Source: Alistipes senegalensis
GTDB lineage: Bacteria; Bacteroidota; Bacteroidia; Bacteroidales; Rikenellaceae
Length of the DNA: 64,000 nucleotides
Direction of reading: 5' to 3'
Assembly (NCBI GenBank): GCA_023664045.1
Contig: JAMPGH010000001.1
Span: 717,693 to 781,692 of the forward strand
How positions within the stretch are numbered: position 1 is the first letter of the stretch; each line of letters starts with the position of its first letter. Below are positions 36,657 to 45,163 of the stretch, piece by piece. Both the position numbers and the translations under genes were made by a program. Under the pieces are notes generated by a model. The model was given only the letters and a program-made list of their open reading frames with translations. It did no database searches and was not told the origin of the DNA.

Positions 36657-36701
36657 GAAATGAAAAAACGCTCTCAAGTAGCCTTGAGGCGTTTTTCATT
36701 C
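36657..36701. terminator. Hairpin/terminator downstream of tRNA-Thr
   Basis: ATGAAAAAACGC-tCTCAAG..CTTGAG-GCGTTTTTCAT imperfect inverted repeat. Confidence 0.7.
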
Positions 36702-36733
36702 GTTCCTGCGCCTGTGGCGCTTTCGCATTTTCG

Positions 36734-36805
36734 AGCCGAAACCGAGATTTGAACTCGGGACCCCTTCATTACGAGTGAAGTGCTCTACCGCTGAGCTATT
36801 TCGGC
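36734..36805 (-). tRNA. trnT: tRNA-Thr (anticodon CGT), CCA not encoded
   Basis: Minus strand GCCGAAA-TAGCTCAGCGGTAGAGC-A-CTTCA-CTCGTAA-TGAAG-GGGTC-CCGAG-TTCAAAT-CTCGG-TTTCGGC-T folds as a full cloverleaf. Confidence 0.96.
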
Positions 36806-36915
36806 CTGCGAAGACCCGAGAGGTCTTCATTCGGGATGCAAATATCCGAAAAAAAAATATTTCTCGCAACAATTTTCCCGAAAATCTCGCTATATTCGCA
36901 TTAAAACAATCGCAG

Positions 36916-37125
36916 ATGATTACTTTCTCGTCGTGCCTGACGCTTCTTGTCGCGGTTTATTTTATCTATGACCGCTATTGGGAACGGCCGTCCGTCTTCA
37001 TGACCTACCTTCGTTTCGGATCGGTTTCTCGGTATGGAGAAGCGATCGGTCGCCTATTGCCGGGCGGCGCGGTAACGTCGCGGCGTAGTCGTAAAATCCG
37101 TTGCTATGCAAAAAGCCTTTCTTAA
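36916..37125 (+). pseudogene. Remnant resembling carbon starvation protein CstA (N-terminal helix plus short fragment)
   Basis: MITFSSCLTLLVAVYFIYDRYWER resembles the Bacteroidota CstA N-terminus; only 69 aa. Confidence 0.45.
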
Positions 37126-37798
37126 TCCTACGCCCGACCAAACGTTCGAACTGATCGGCGGGGGCGCATACGATTTCGTCGCCGTATTGGCGCACAGCCG
37201 CGCGCTGCAGGCTTCGGGCGAGGTCCGGGAGGCGTGCGAGATTCGCTATCAGGCCTTTCAGCGACTGGCCGAACTGCTTCCCGACGACGAGGAGACGATC
37301 TTCGAATGGAATCATCCCAATTCGCGGGCGGCACTCGAAGTGCTCCACGCTTCGGCGATCGACCACTTTCTGATCGACGATTTCGAGATGTCGGCGGCGC
37401 TGCTTGAATTGTTGCTCGAACTGGACCCCGAAGATCATTTGGAGGCCAGCGAGTTGCTGGCGTTCGACTATGTGGCGACCGACGAAACGGAGCTTTTCGA
37501 CGAGGTGATCGACGATGTTCCGGAGAAGAGCGCCGTACGGGTGTTGCTTCTGTTGTGGTCCGCTTATCGTCGCACCGGCCGGCTTCCGGAGGAGGAGCTG
37601 ATGCTGTTCAAGTCCCGGTTCGCGCCTTATTTTGCTGAATTTATGGCGGCGGAGCATGTGGCCGATGCGGCTTATCTGCACGACATTGAGAGCGAGCGGC
37701 CTTCGGTGGGCGCGCAGGCGCGCGAGCTGTGGTTGCGGACCGAGAATCTGTGGGCACGCTGGCCTGAGTTCATTGAGGCTTTGCGTACTGCGAAGTAA
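37106..37798 (+). CDS. Conserved hypothetical helical (TPR-like) protein
   Basis: 230 aa, acidic and alpha-helical, LLELLLELDPEDH; followed by a terminator. Confidence 0.7.
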   Translation: MQKAFLNPTPDQTFELIGGGAYDFVAVLAHSRALQASGEVREACEIRYQAFQRLAELLPDDEETIFEWNHPNSRAALEVLHASAIDHFLIDDFEMSAALLELLLELDPEDHLEASELLAFDYVATDETELFDEVIDDVPEKSAVRVLLLLWSAYRRTGRLPEEELMLFKSRFAPYFAEFMAAEHVADAAYLHDIESERPSVGAQARELWLRTENLWARWPEFIEALRTAK

Positions 37799-37814
37799 GA
37801 AGCGCCCATAAAAT

Positions 37815-37845
37815 AAAAAGGCATCCCGAGCAGGGATGCCTTTTT
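37815..37845. terminator. Bidirectional terminator
   Basis: AAAAAGGCATCCC-gagca-GGGATGCCTTTTT between convergent genes. Confidence 0.85.
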
Positions 37846-37868
37846 CATTCTGTTCCGGATGGGCGGGT

Positions 37869-38684
37869 CTATTCCTCGCAGGTCGTCTCCTGCACGGGTT
37901 CTTCGATACCTTCGGTCGTGGCCCGTTCCTCCATGCGCTCGATGCGGGCATCGAGGTCGGGGTGGGTCGAGAAGAGCTGGTTGAGTTTGCTGCTTTTCTC
38001 GACGCCGGCTTCCTCCTGCATCGCTTTCAACCGTCGGAACGAGTAGGCCATCGCCCACGGGTTTTTGCCGCTGTTTTTGAGGAATTCGTAGCCGTAGTCG
38101 TCGGCATCGCGCTCCTGCTTCTGCGAGTAGGTGGCGTTGGCGAGCGCTTCGCCCAGATCGCCCAACTGCGAATCGGTCAGCTGCGCGGCCTTGCCGCCGC
38201 TCGACGAGACGCCGTCGCGGAGCGCCGAAGTCAGCAGCGCCGTGCGGAATCCTTTTTTGGAGTCGCGGTGGGCGATGTGTCCCACTTCGTGGCCGATGAC
38301 GCCCAAGAGTTCGTCGTCGGTCATGATGTCCATCAGCGAGGAGAAGACGCGGATGCTGCCGTCGGCGCAGGCGAATGCGTTGACGTCGACGACATGGTAA
38401 ACCTTGAAGTTCAGAGCGATGCCGTCGGCATCGGTGAGCCCGTCGGTGAGTTGCCGGAGCCGGATCGTGTAGGGATCGTCTTCTGCGCAGACGGGGTTGT
38501 GCTCATCCATCCAGTCGATGTACTCCTTGACGTAGGCGGCCATCTGGGCGTCGGTGAGCGTGGCGGCCTGCGTCGCTTTCGCGGCGCTGCCGATCGCCTT
38601 TTTGAGATTGAACTGCGCCGAAGCGGGCGTTGCGGCGAGCAGGCAGAATAGAACTGCCAGTAAAGATGTAAAACGGTGTTTCAT
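37869..38684 (-). CDS. M48 family zinc metallopeptidase (LoiP/YcaL-like)
   Basis: NAFACADG, HEVGH zinc motif, YSQKQE.DAD, FSTHP; signal peptide. Confidence 0.92.
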   Translation of the reverse strand: MKHRFTSLLAVLFCLLAATPASAQFNLKKAIGSAAKATQAATLTDAQMAAYVKEYIDWMDEHNPVCAEDDPYTIRLRQLTDGLTDADGIALNFKVYHVVDVNAFACADGSIRVFSSLMDIMTDDELLGVIGHEVGHIAHRDSKKGFRTALLTSALRDGVSSSGGKAAQLTDSQLGDLGEALANATYSQKQERDADDYGYEFLKNSGKNPWAMAYSFRRLKAMQEEAGVEKSSKLNQLFSTHPDLDARIERMEERATTEGIEEPVQETTCEE

Positions 38685-38738
38685 AGTTTGGTATAACTTG
38701 TTATTGGAAATAGTTTCGATTCATTCGCCGGCGGGTGA

Positions 38739-39314
38739 TTACTCGTGTCGGGATCGCACCAGCTCCTTGAAGCAGTGGCGGCAGATGGGTTCGTAGGTGT
38801 CCTGCGCCCCGAGCATGACCTGTTTTTCGTCGCTGGTGAGACGGTGGGAGTGGTGGGCCAGATTGCCGCAGCGGACGCAGATGGCGTGGACTTTGGTAAC
38901 GTACTCGGCCGTGGCCATGAGCGCCGGCATGGGGCCGAAAGGCTTGCCGGTGTAATCCATGTCGAGTCCGGCGACGATGACCCGCACGCCGTTGTCGGCC
39001 AGCGTGCGGCAGACGTCGACGATGCTTTCGTCGAAGAACTGTGCTTCGTCGATGCCCACGACGTCGACCCCGGCCGACATGAGCAGGATATTCTGCGGCG
39101 AGTCGACGGGCGTGGAGCGGATGGCGTTGGAGTCGTGCGAGACGACCTCCTCCTCGGAATAGCGGACGTCGATGCGGGGTTTGAAGATCTCGACCCGCAG
39201 GTGGGCGAACTGCGCCCGTTTGAGCCGGCGGATCAGCTCCTCGGTCTTGCCCGAGAACATGGAGCCGCAGACCACTTCGATCCAGCCCTTGCGGCTGGCG
39301 TTTTCCAGAAACAT
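38739..39314 (-). CDS. tdk: Thymidine kinase
   Basis: [28 protein letters not shown]...CRHC. Confidence 0.97.
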   Translation of the reverse strand: MFLENASRKGWIEVVCGSMFSGKTEELIRRLKRAQFAHLRVEIFKPRIDVRYSEEEVVSHDSNAIRSTPVDSPQNILLMSAGVDVVGIDEAQFFDESIVDVCRTLADNGVRVIVAGLDMDYTGKPFGPMPALMATAEYVTKVHAICVRCGNLAHHSHRLTSDEKQVMLGAQDTYEPICRHCFKELVRSRHE

Positions 39315-39339
39315 TTCGAAAAAGGTGAAAGTTAAGAGT

Positions 39340-40650
39340 TTACTCCTCGATGCGGGTGATTCGGGCGCCGAGAGCGTTCAGCCGCTTGTCGATCTCCTTG
39401 TATCCGCGGTCGATCTGGTCGATGTTCTGGATCGTGGAGACCCCCTCGGCCGACATGGCGGCGATGAGCAGAGCCACGCCGGCACGGATGTCGGGCGAGG
39501 TCATGCGCGTGGCCCGCAGCCGGATGCGGTGGTCGTGTCCGATGACCGTGGCGCGGTGCGGGTCGCAGAGGATGATCTGCGCGCCCATGTCGATAAGTTT
39601 GTCGACGAAGAAGAGGCGGCTTTCGAACATCTTCTGGTGGATGAGCACAGCTCCTTTGGCCTGCGTGGCCACCACCAGAAAGATCGACAGCAGGTCGGGC
39701 GTCAGGCCCGGCCACGGAGCGTCGGCGATGGTCATGATCGAACCGTCGAGGAACGTATCGATGCTGTAGTGGTCCTGCTGGGGGATGTAGATGTCGTCGC
39801 CCCGCTGCTCGAAGCGGATGCCCATGCGGGCGAACTGCGCCGGGATGATACCCAGATTTTCGTACGACACGTTCTTGATCGTCAGCTCCGAGCGGTTCAT
39901 GGCAGCCATGCCGATGAAGCTGCCGACCTCGATCATGTCGGGAAGCAAGGTATGCTCCGTACCGCCCAGCGCTTCGACGCCCTCGATGGTCAGAAGGTTG
40001 GAGGCGATGCCCGAGATGCGGGCACCCATGCGGTTGAGCATCTTGCACAGCTGCTGCAGGTAGGGTTCGCAGGCGGCGTTGTAGATCGTGGTGGTTCCTC
40101 GGGCGAGCACGGCGGCCATGACGATGTTGGCCGTACCGGTTACCGAAGCCTCGTCCAGCAACATGTAGGTGCCCCTCAGTTCGCGGCCCTCGACCATGAA
40201 GAACTCGTCGGCGATGTCGAAATCGAATTGGGCGCCCAACTTCTGGAATCCGAGGAAGTGGGTGTCGAGGCGTCGCCGTCCGATCTTGTCGCCGCCCGGT
40301 TTGGGGATGTAACCCACGCCGAAGCGGGCGAGCATGGGTCCGATGAGCATTACCGAGCCGCGCAGCCGCGTGCAGCGCTGGCGGTAGTCGTCGCTCTTGA
40401 GGTAGTCGAAATCGATTTCGCGGGCTCGGAAAGCATAGGCATCGTCGGAGAGTCGTTCGACCTCGACGCCCATGCGCCGCAGCAGCTCGATGAGCTGCAT
40501 GACGTCGAGGATCTGGGGTATGTTGCGCACGATGACACGCTCGGGAGTGAGCAGGGTGGCGCAGATGATTTGCAGCGCCTCGTTCTTGGCGCCCTGAGGC
40601 GTGATGCTTCCGCTCAGGCGATGTCCGCCTTCGACTTTGAAAACTGCCAT
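39340..40650 (-). CDS. murA: UDP-N-acetylglucosamine 1-carboxyvinyltransferase
   Basis: [45 protein letters not shown]. Confidence 0.96.
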   Translation of the reverse strand: MAVFKVEGGHRLSGSITPQGAKNEALQIICATLLTPERVIVRNIPQILDVMQLIELLRRMGVEVERLSDDAYAFRAREIDFDYLKSDDYRQRCTRLRGSVMLIGPMLARFGVGYIPKPGGDKIGRRRLDTHFLGFQKLGAQFDFDIADEFFMVEGRELRGTYMLLDEASVTGTANIVMAAVLARGTTTIYNAACEPYLQQLCKMLNRMGARISGIASNLLTIEGVEALGGTEHTLLPDMIEVGSFIGMAAMNRSELTIKNVSYENLGIIPAQFARMGIRFEQRGDDIYIPQQDHYSIDTFLDGSIMTIADAPWPGLTPDLLSIFLVVATQAKGAVLIHQKMFESRLFFVDKLIDMGAQIILCDPHRATVIGHDHRIRLRATRMTSPDIRAGVALLIAAMSAEGVSTIQNIDQIDRGYKEIDKRLNALGARITRIEE

Positions 40651-40697
40651 ATCGTTCGTGGTGTGTTCGTAGTTCGGCTCCGGCCGCCGGAGCCACA

Positions 40698-40806
40698 CAA
40701 AGATACGACAAGCCGAGAGCAAAAACAAATTTATTTGTGTTTGCCGAGGCAGAGTATCTTCGGCGTCAGCCAAAGAGCGAGACAGCCGAGAGCAAAAACA
40801 AATTTA
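40698..40806. repeat. 73-bp-period palindromic repeat overlapping the murA promoter
   Basis: AGCCGAGAGCAAAAACAAATTTA at 40711-40733 and 40784-40806; minus-strand -7 element TATCTTTG at 40698-40705; internal inverted repeats. Confidence 0.75.
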
Positions 40807-41000
40807 AGCACCATATATCGCTTCCCACCGAAATTCTGCCTCGGGGCAGGCTCCGCTTTGGAAGGTCGCGGCTCGCCGCCTGTGGCGGCGTATTCAGGTT
40901 CCGACCCCACCCCGACCCTCCCTCGGGGAGGGAGAAGTGCCGCTCCCTGTGCGGTCGCGGCAAAATTACGGCGTCCGACCGGTGGACCTTATTCGAGGGG

Positions 41001-41597
41001 TTAAAACAACGGGACGACCCGGTCGGCGGCGGTAATGGGACGCAGCGGGCGGCAGGGATTGCCGACGGCCAGCATGCCGGCGGGAATGGATCGGACGACC
41101 ACGCTGCCGGCACCGATGACGGCTCCGTCCCCGATTTCGACGCCTGGAAGAATGACGACATTGGCGGCGATCCAGACGTCGTTGCCGATGGTGATCGGTT
41201 GCGCCCGCATGATGCCCTCGTTGCGCTGGTCGGGAAGAAGCGCGTGGACGATCGTAACGAGAGAGCAGTTCGGTCCGATCATCACGTTGTTGCCGACGAT
41301 AACCTTCGCCTCGTCGAGAATCGAGAGGTTGAAGTTGCCCACGAAGTTTTCGCCGAGATGGATGTTGAATCCGAAGTCGCAGCGGAACGGGCTGTGGATG
41401 ACGAACCTCTCTCCGACCGAACCCAAGAGACCGCGGAAAAGCTCGGTCCGCCGCTGGACCATCGAAGGCTGCAGCGCGTTGATTTCATGGCAGGTATCCG
41501 CGCATCGCTGCAGCAGTGCCGTTACCTCCGGCAGGTCGTTCGCCCCGGCGTGGAGCCAGTGGCCGTCGTTCAGCAGTTCGAATAGATCTTCTTTCAT
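41001..41597 (-). CDS. Sugar O-acetyltransferase (maltose/galactoside, hexapeptide repeat)
   Basis: [34 protein letters not shown]; -7 element TATTTTTG at 41616-41623. Confidence 0.92.
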   Translation of the reverse strand: MKEDLFELLNDGHWLHAGANDLPEVTALLQRCADTCHEINALQPSMVQRRTELFRGLLGSVGERFVIHSPFRCDFGFNIHLGENFVGNFNLSILDEAKVIVGNNVMIGPNCSLVTIVHALLPDQRNEGIMRAQPITIGNDVWIAANVVILPGVEIGDGAVIGAGSVVVRSIPAGMLAVGNPCRPLRPITAADRVVPLF

Positions 41598-41825
41598 GGT
41601 TCGGTGTCGGAGTTGCAAAAATAACGCATCTCGGCGGATTGTCCTAAAAACCGGCCGGAAATTCGTGCGGCCGGCTGCGGAAATCTGCGGCTGCGAAGCC
41701 TCCGGATTGGTTCCTCCGGCGCCGGAAGCCGTTCCGGTCGAGTTGAAGCAGCGGGGATTCGGGCCTTTTTCGGAGCCATTTGAAATATTTTCGCGAAAAA
41801 ATTTTTGCGAATCGCATTTTTATTG

Positions 41826-41833
41826 TACTTTTG
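41826..41833 (+). promoter_or_regulatory. rpmH promoter -7 element (TACTTTTG), with TTTG -33 at 41804-41807
   Basis: Both Bacteroidota elements present, 18-nt spacer. Confidence 0.7.
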
Positions 41834-41880
41834 CAATCCGTAAAAATGTCCGAAACGATAAAAATTAGATAGCTATGGCA

Positions 41881-42042
41881 ATGAAGAGAACTTATCAGCC
41901 CTCGCGCCGGAAGAGAATCAACAAGCACGGTTTCCGCGCTCGTATGGCTACGGCGAACGGTCGCAAGGTGCTGGCGGCACGTCGTGCGAAAGGTCGCAAG
42001 AAGCTGACCGTATCCGACGAATCGACGTTCAAGTACGCTTAA
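41881..42042 (+). CDS. rpmH: 50S ribosomal protein L34 (absent from the ORF track)
   Basis: Translated by hand: [53 protein letters not shown]. Confidence 0.97.
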   Translation: MKRTYQPSRRKRINKHGFRARMATANGRKVLAARRAKGRKKLTVSDESTFKYA

Positions 42043-42068
42043 TTATCCCCGAAAAGGTTGAGTTGCGG

Positions 42069-42094
42069 GCCGGCTTGCGAAAGCCGGCTTTTTT
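42069..42094 (+). terminator. rpmH intrinsic terminator
   Basis: GCCGGCTT-gcga-AAGCCGGC followed by TTTTTT. Confidence 0.85.
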
Positions 42095-42210
42095 ATGCCC
42101 TCGGATGAGAGGTGAGAGGGGGGGGGTAAGGGGCGTGCCGCATGCAGCGCTCGGCTCCGTAGTTCGGCTCTCCGCGATGCCGGTTCGATTGCGCTCACCG
42201 AAGAGCGGGG

Positions 42211-42771
42211 TTATTCCTTGTCCTTGTAGAGGTCGATTTCGCCGCGTTCGACCTTGCCGTACATGGCGGCAAGCTCGCCGATCGCGGGCGAGATGAGATC
42301 GATCGTGTCGGCGACGGCCGGCCGGTCGCCCTGCCCCTTGATGCGGTAGAGCATTGTGGCGTAGAGCGCTCGGAAGCAGAGCTCCGTATCGCTCATCCCG
42401 GGATTGCCCATGACGGCCCGCAGCCGTGGCAGCTCGCTTTCGAGCCGCGCGAAAGTGGTGCGGTAGTGTGCGCCGGCGGGGAGCTTCAGAAGCTGCAGAT
42501 GCAGGTCGTGCAGATCCTGAATCAGGTGCAGCGTATGCTCCAGATGTCCCTTTTCCACCTTGCCCTCCTGCCGCAGAAGCCCTGCGATGTCGAGATACCA
42601 CATCAGAAAGGTCGGCTTCTGCTCCTCGCTCAATTCGCTGCGCGGGGCGATCAGCTGCGAGTAGATCGCCTCGGGACTGAACTGCAAGGCCCGCAGCAGG
42701 TCTTCGACCTGCCACAGATAGAGAATGTACTCGGCGATGTTCTCCCGCCGCTTGGCTTGTGCGATGTCCAC
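42211..42771 (-). CDS. DUF4924-like conserved Bacteroidota protein
   Basis: IA..KRRENIAEYILYLWQVEDLLRA, E.GHL.H, E.CF.ALY. Confidence 0.8.
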   Translation of the reverse strand: MDIAQAKRRENIAEYILYLWQVEDLLRALQFSPEAIYSQLIAPRSELSEEQKPTFLMWYLDIAGLLRQEGKVEKGHLEHTLHLIQDLHDLHLQLLKLPAGAHYRTTFARLESELPRLRAVMGNPGMSDTELCFRALYATMLYRIKGQGDRPAVADTIDLISPAIGELAAMYGKVERGEIDLYKDKE

Positions 42772-42779
42772 TTTTTACC

Positions 42780-45005
42780 TTATTTGATCCACTTCTTTTC
42801 GATGCGGTGCTTGAGGAAATATTGCTGCGACTTCAGCAGGTTGCGCGACTGCAGCACCATGTTCTTGGTCTCGGTGAGGATCGTCAGATAGAGCATGGAG
42901 GCTTTGGTGTTGGACTTGGCCTCGTTGATGCGCGTGAGCTCCGACTTGATGGCTTCGGCGATCGACTCGAACAACTGGTCGCGGAGCGACAATACCAGTT
43001 CGATGTCGGTGAAGTCGCCGTCGCGCAACATCAGGTTGATGCGGCGGTAGATGGCCTCCACGTCGTCGTTGATGGCCATCAGGTCGCGGGTCTGCTCGAC
43101 GGAGAGGCCCTCGTGATTGTTGTCGATGTGCTCGAATGCCGGGCGCGTGATGTGGACCAGCGCTTTGGTCATCTCGTTGAGGTAGTCGACCACCTGCACG
43201 TAGTAGTGCGCCGTGTTGACGTCGCCGCTCTGCAGCCGCTTGAGGGTCGGCAGCAGGGCGTATTTGCGGTCGCGCGACTGATAGAAGAGGTCGTTGGACT
43301 CCTTGACCATGTCGCGCAGCACCTTGCGGTTCTCTTTCAGCACGGCGATCAGCGTGCGATCGTAGATCTTCGTGGCGCACTCCATCGTGCGGCCCACCTC
43401 GTCGCGCAACGCCGCGATGATGTCGCTGTTGGTCTCGCTTTTCTCTTCGGCGTGATCCGTAGCGCGGGCTTTCTTGGAGAAGCGGCTGCGGAAGAGGATC
43501 CAGCCGCAGAGTATCGTAACGATGATGAAGGTAGCGGTTCCGCCGTAGATGAGTACGAGTCCGACGAAGAACGAAATCAGGAAACCGCCCAGCGCGGTAA
43601 CGAACCACCCGGCGATCACGGTCATGACGCCCGAGATGCGGTAGACGGCGCTTTCGCGACCCCAAGCCCGGTCGGCGAGCGAGGAACCCATCGCCACCAT
43701 GAAGCAGACGTAGGTGGTGGAGAGGGGCAGCTTGAGCGACGTGGCGAGCGAGATCAGCAGGGCCGAAGTCGTGAGGTTGACCGTGGCGCGGATCATGTCG
43801 TAGGGTGCGCCGCTATGCTCGACGTCCTCGTATTCGAAGCGCCGGCCTACGGCCGCGCGGACTTTTTCGGGAACTACGCGTTCGAGGCCGTTGTTGATAT
43901 TCAAGGCGATGCGGACGAGCGTGCGCGAGAATACCGACGAGGCGTACTGCTCCTGTCCGTCGTCGCCCTGCGCCGAGAGCGAGAGTTCGGTTTTGGTAAC
44001 GCGCAGCACGGCCTCTTTCGACGCCCAGAGGGCCACGATCATGACGGCGCCCGCTACCAAGAGGATCGACATGTTGGCCGGCACGTTCTCGGCCAGCGGA
44101 GCCATGAGCATCTGCGTATCGCCGGTAGCGCGGGCGAAAGAGTAGGCGTCGAAGCCGGCGACCGGCACGCCGATGAAGTTCACCAAGTCGTTGCCGGCGA
44201 ACGCGAGCGACAGCGCGAAGACGCCCGAGAGAATGGTGATGCGCAGGATGTTGATCTTGAAGCGCTGGATGAAGAAGAGCAGCAGCGAGCAGACGACCCA
44301 GCAGATCGTCAGCGCGAGCCACAAGTGGCGGTCGACCAGCTGTACGAACGCATACTCCGCGAGCAGCGACCGGAGGCCCTTGAAGACGGCGAAGTAGACG
44401 ACCGCCGTAAGCGAAATGCCGCACCAGAAAGCGCCGTAGCGCCGGAAGAGGGTCGTATAGCGGAACGAGAAGATCAGTCGCGAGACGTACATCAGCACCG
44501 AGCCGCACGAGAAGGCGATGACGACCGAGAGCAGGATCGCCGAGACGACGCCCATCGCCCGCGACGAGTTGATGTAGTCGCCCAGTGCCGAGATGCCGAG
44601 GGCCGGGTCGGCGGCGATCTTGTAGACCGAGACGGCGACGGCCGAACCCAACAGACAGAAGATCAGCGACACGGTGGTCGAAGTGGGAAGTCCCCACGAA
44701 TTGTAGAGCCCCAGCAGGATGACGTTGGCGAACATGACGCCCAGATAGAGCATCATGACCTCGTGGAAGGTGAAGAGCCCGGGATTGAACATGCCGCTGC
44801 GGGCGACCTCCATCATGCCGCTCGACGTAACCACGCCGATGACGATGCCGATCGAGGCGACCAGCAGGATGGTGCGCATGGAGGCGGCTTTGGAGCCGAG
44901 GGCCGAATTGAGGAAGTTCACTGCGTCGTTGGTAACGCCGACGAAAAGACCGGATACGGCGAGGATAGCCAGAATGCCGACGATGACGGTATAGATTTCG
45001 CTCAT
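42780..45005 (-). CDS. Inorganic phosphate transporter (PiT/PHO4) with C-terminal PhoU-like domain
   Basis: GVTNDAVNFLNSA, GLPTSTT, AGNDLVNFIG, KLPLSTTY; helical soluble C-terminus. Confidence 0.9.
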   Translation of the reverse strand: MSEIYTVIVGILAILAVSGLFVGVTNDAVNFLNSALGSKAASMRTILLVASIGIVIGVVTSSGMMEVARSGMFNPGLFTFHEVMMLYLGVMFANVILLGLYNSWGLPTSTTVSLIFCLLGSAVAVSVYKIAADPALGISALGDYINSSRAMGVVSAILLSVVIAFSCGSVLMYVSRLIFSFRYTTLFRRYGAFWCGISLTAVVYFAVFKGLRSLLAEYAFVQLVDRHLWLALTICWVVCSLLLFFIQRFKINILRITILSGVFALSLAFAGNDLVNFIGVPVAGFDAYSFARATGDTQMLMAPLAENVPANMSILLVAGAVMIVALWASKEAVLRVTKTELSLSAQGDDGQEQYASSVFSRTLVRIALNINNGLERVVPEKVRAAVGRRFEYEDVEHSGAPYDMIRATVNLTTSALLISLATSLKLPLSTTYVCFMVAMGSSLADRAWGRESAVYRISGVMTVIAGWFVTALGGFLISFFVGLVLIYGGTATFIIVTILCGWILFRSRFSKKARATDHAEEKSETNSDIIAALRDEVGRTMECATKIYDRTLIAVLKENRKVLRDMVKESNDLFYQSRDRKYALLPTLKRLQSGDVNTAHYYVQVVDYLNEMTKALVHITRPAFEHIDNNHEGLSVEQTRDLMAINDDVEAIYRRINLMLRDGDFTDIELVLSLRDQLFESIAEAIKSELTRINEAKSNTKASMLYLTILTETKNMVLQSRNLLKSQQYFLKHRIEKKWIK

Positions 45006-45030
45006 GTTGTAGGTTTAAGCAACGCGACAA

Positions 45031-45038
45031 CAAAGTTA
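45031..45038 (-). promoter_or_regulatory. -7 element (TAACTTTG) for the PiT transporter
   Basis: TAnnTTTG 25 nt before the ATG. Confidence 0.65.
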
Positions 45039-45108
45039 CTCGAATTTTCCGTATGGCCGCGGCGGCCGGCCATTGTTAACGTTAACTTAATATAGGCGGA
45101 TGACGAAA

Positions 45109-45142
45109 CGCCCCGGAGTACCTTTGCGGGCGCTCCGGGGCG
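45109..45142 (-). terminator. Hairpin after the EF-G2 gene
   Basis: CGCCCCGGAG ... CTCCGGGGCG inverted repeat; weak U tract. Confidence 0.55.
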
Positions 45143-45163
45143 GAAGTCGAAGCCGACGGGGGA

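Noticed and set aside
36552-36750. Active prophage or ICE at tRNA-Thr
   Set aside because: No integrase, relaxase or phage gene anywhere in the window; only a 157-bp insert between the repeats
40711-40806. Possible mini-CRISPR (23-bp repeat, 50-bp spacer)
   Set aside because: Only two copies, no cas genes, and the intervening sequence is itself part of a palindromic unit
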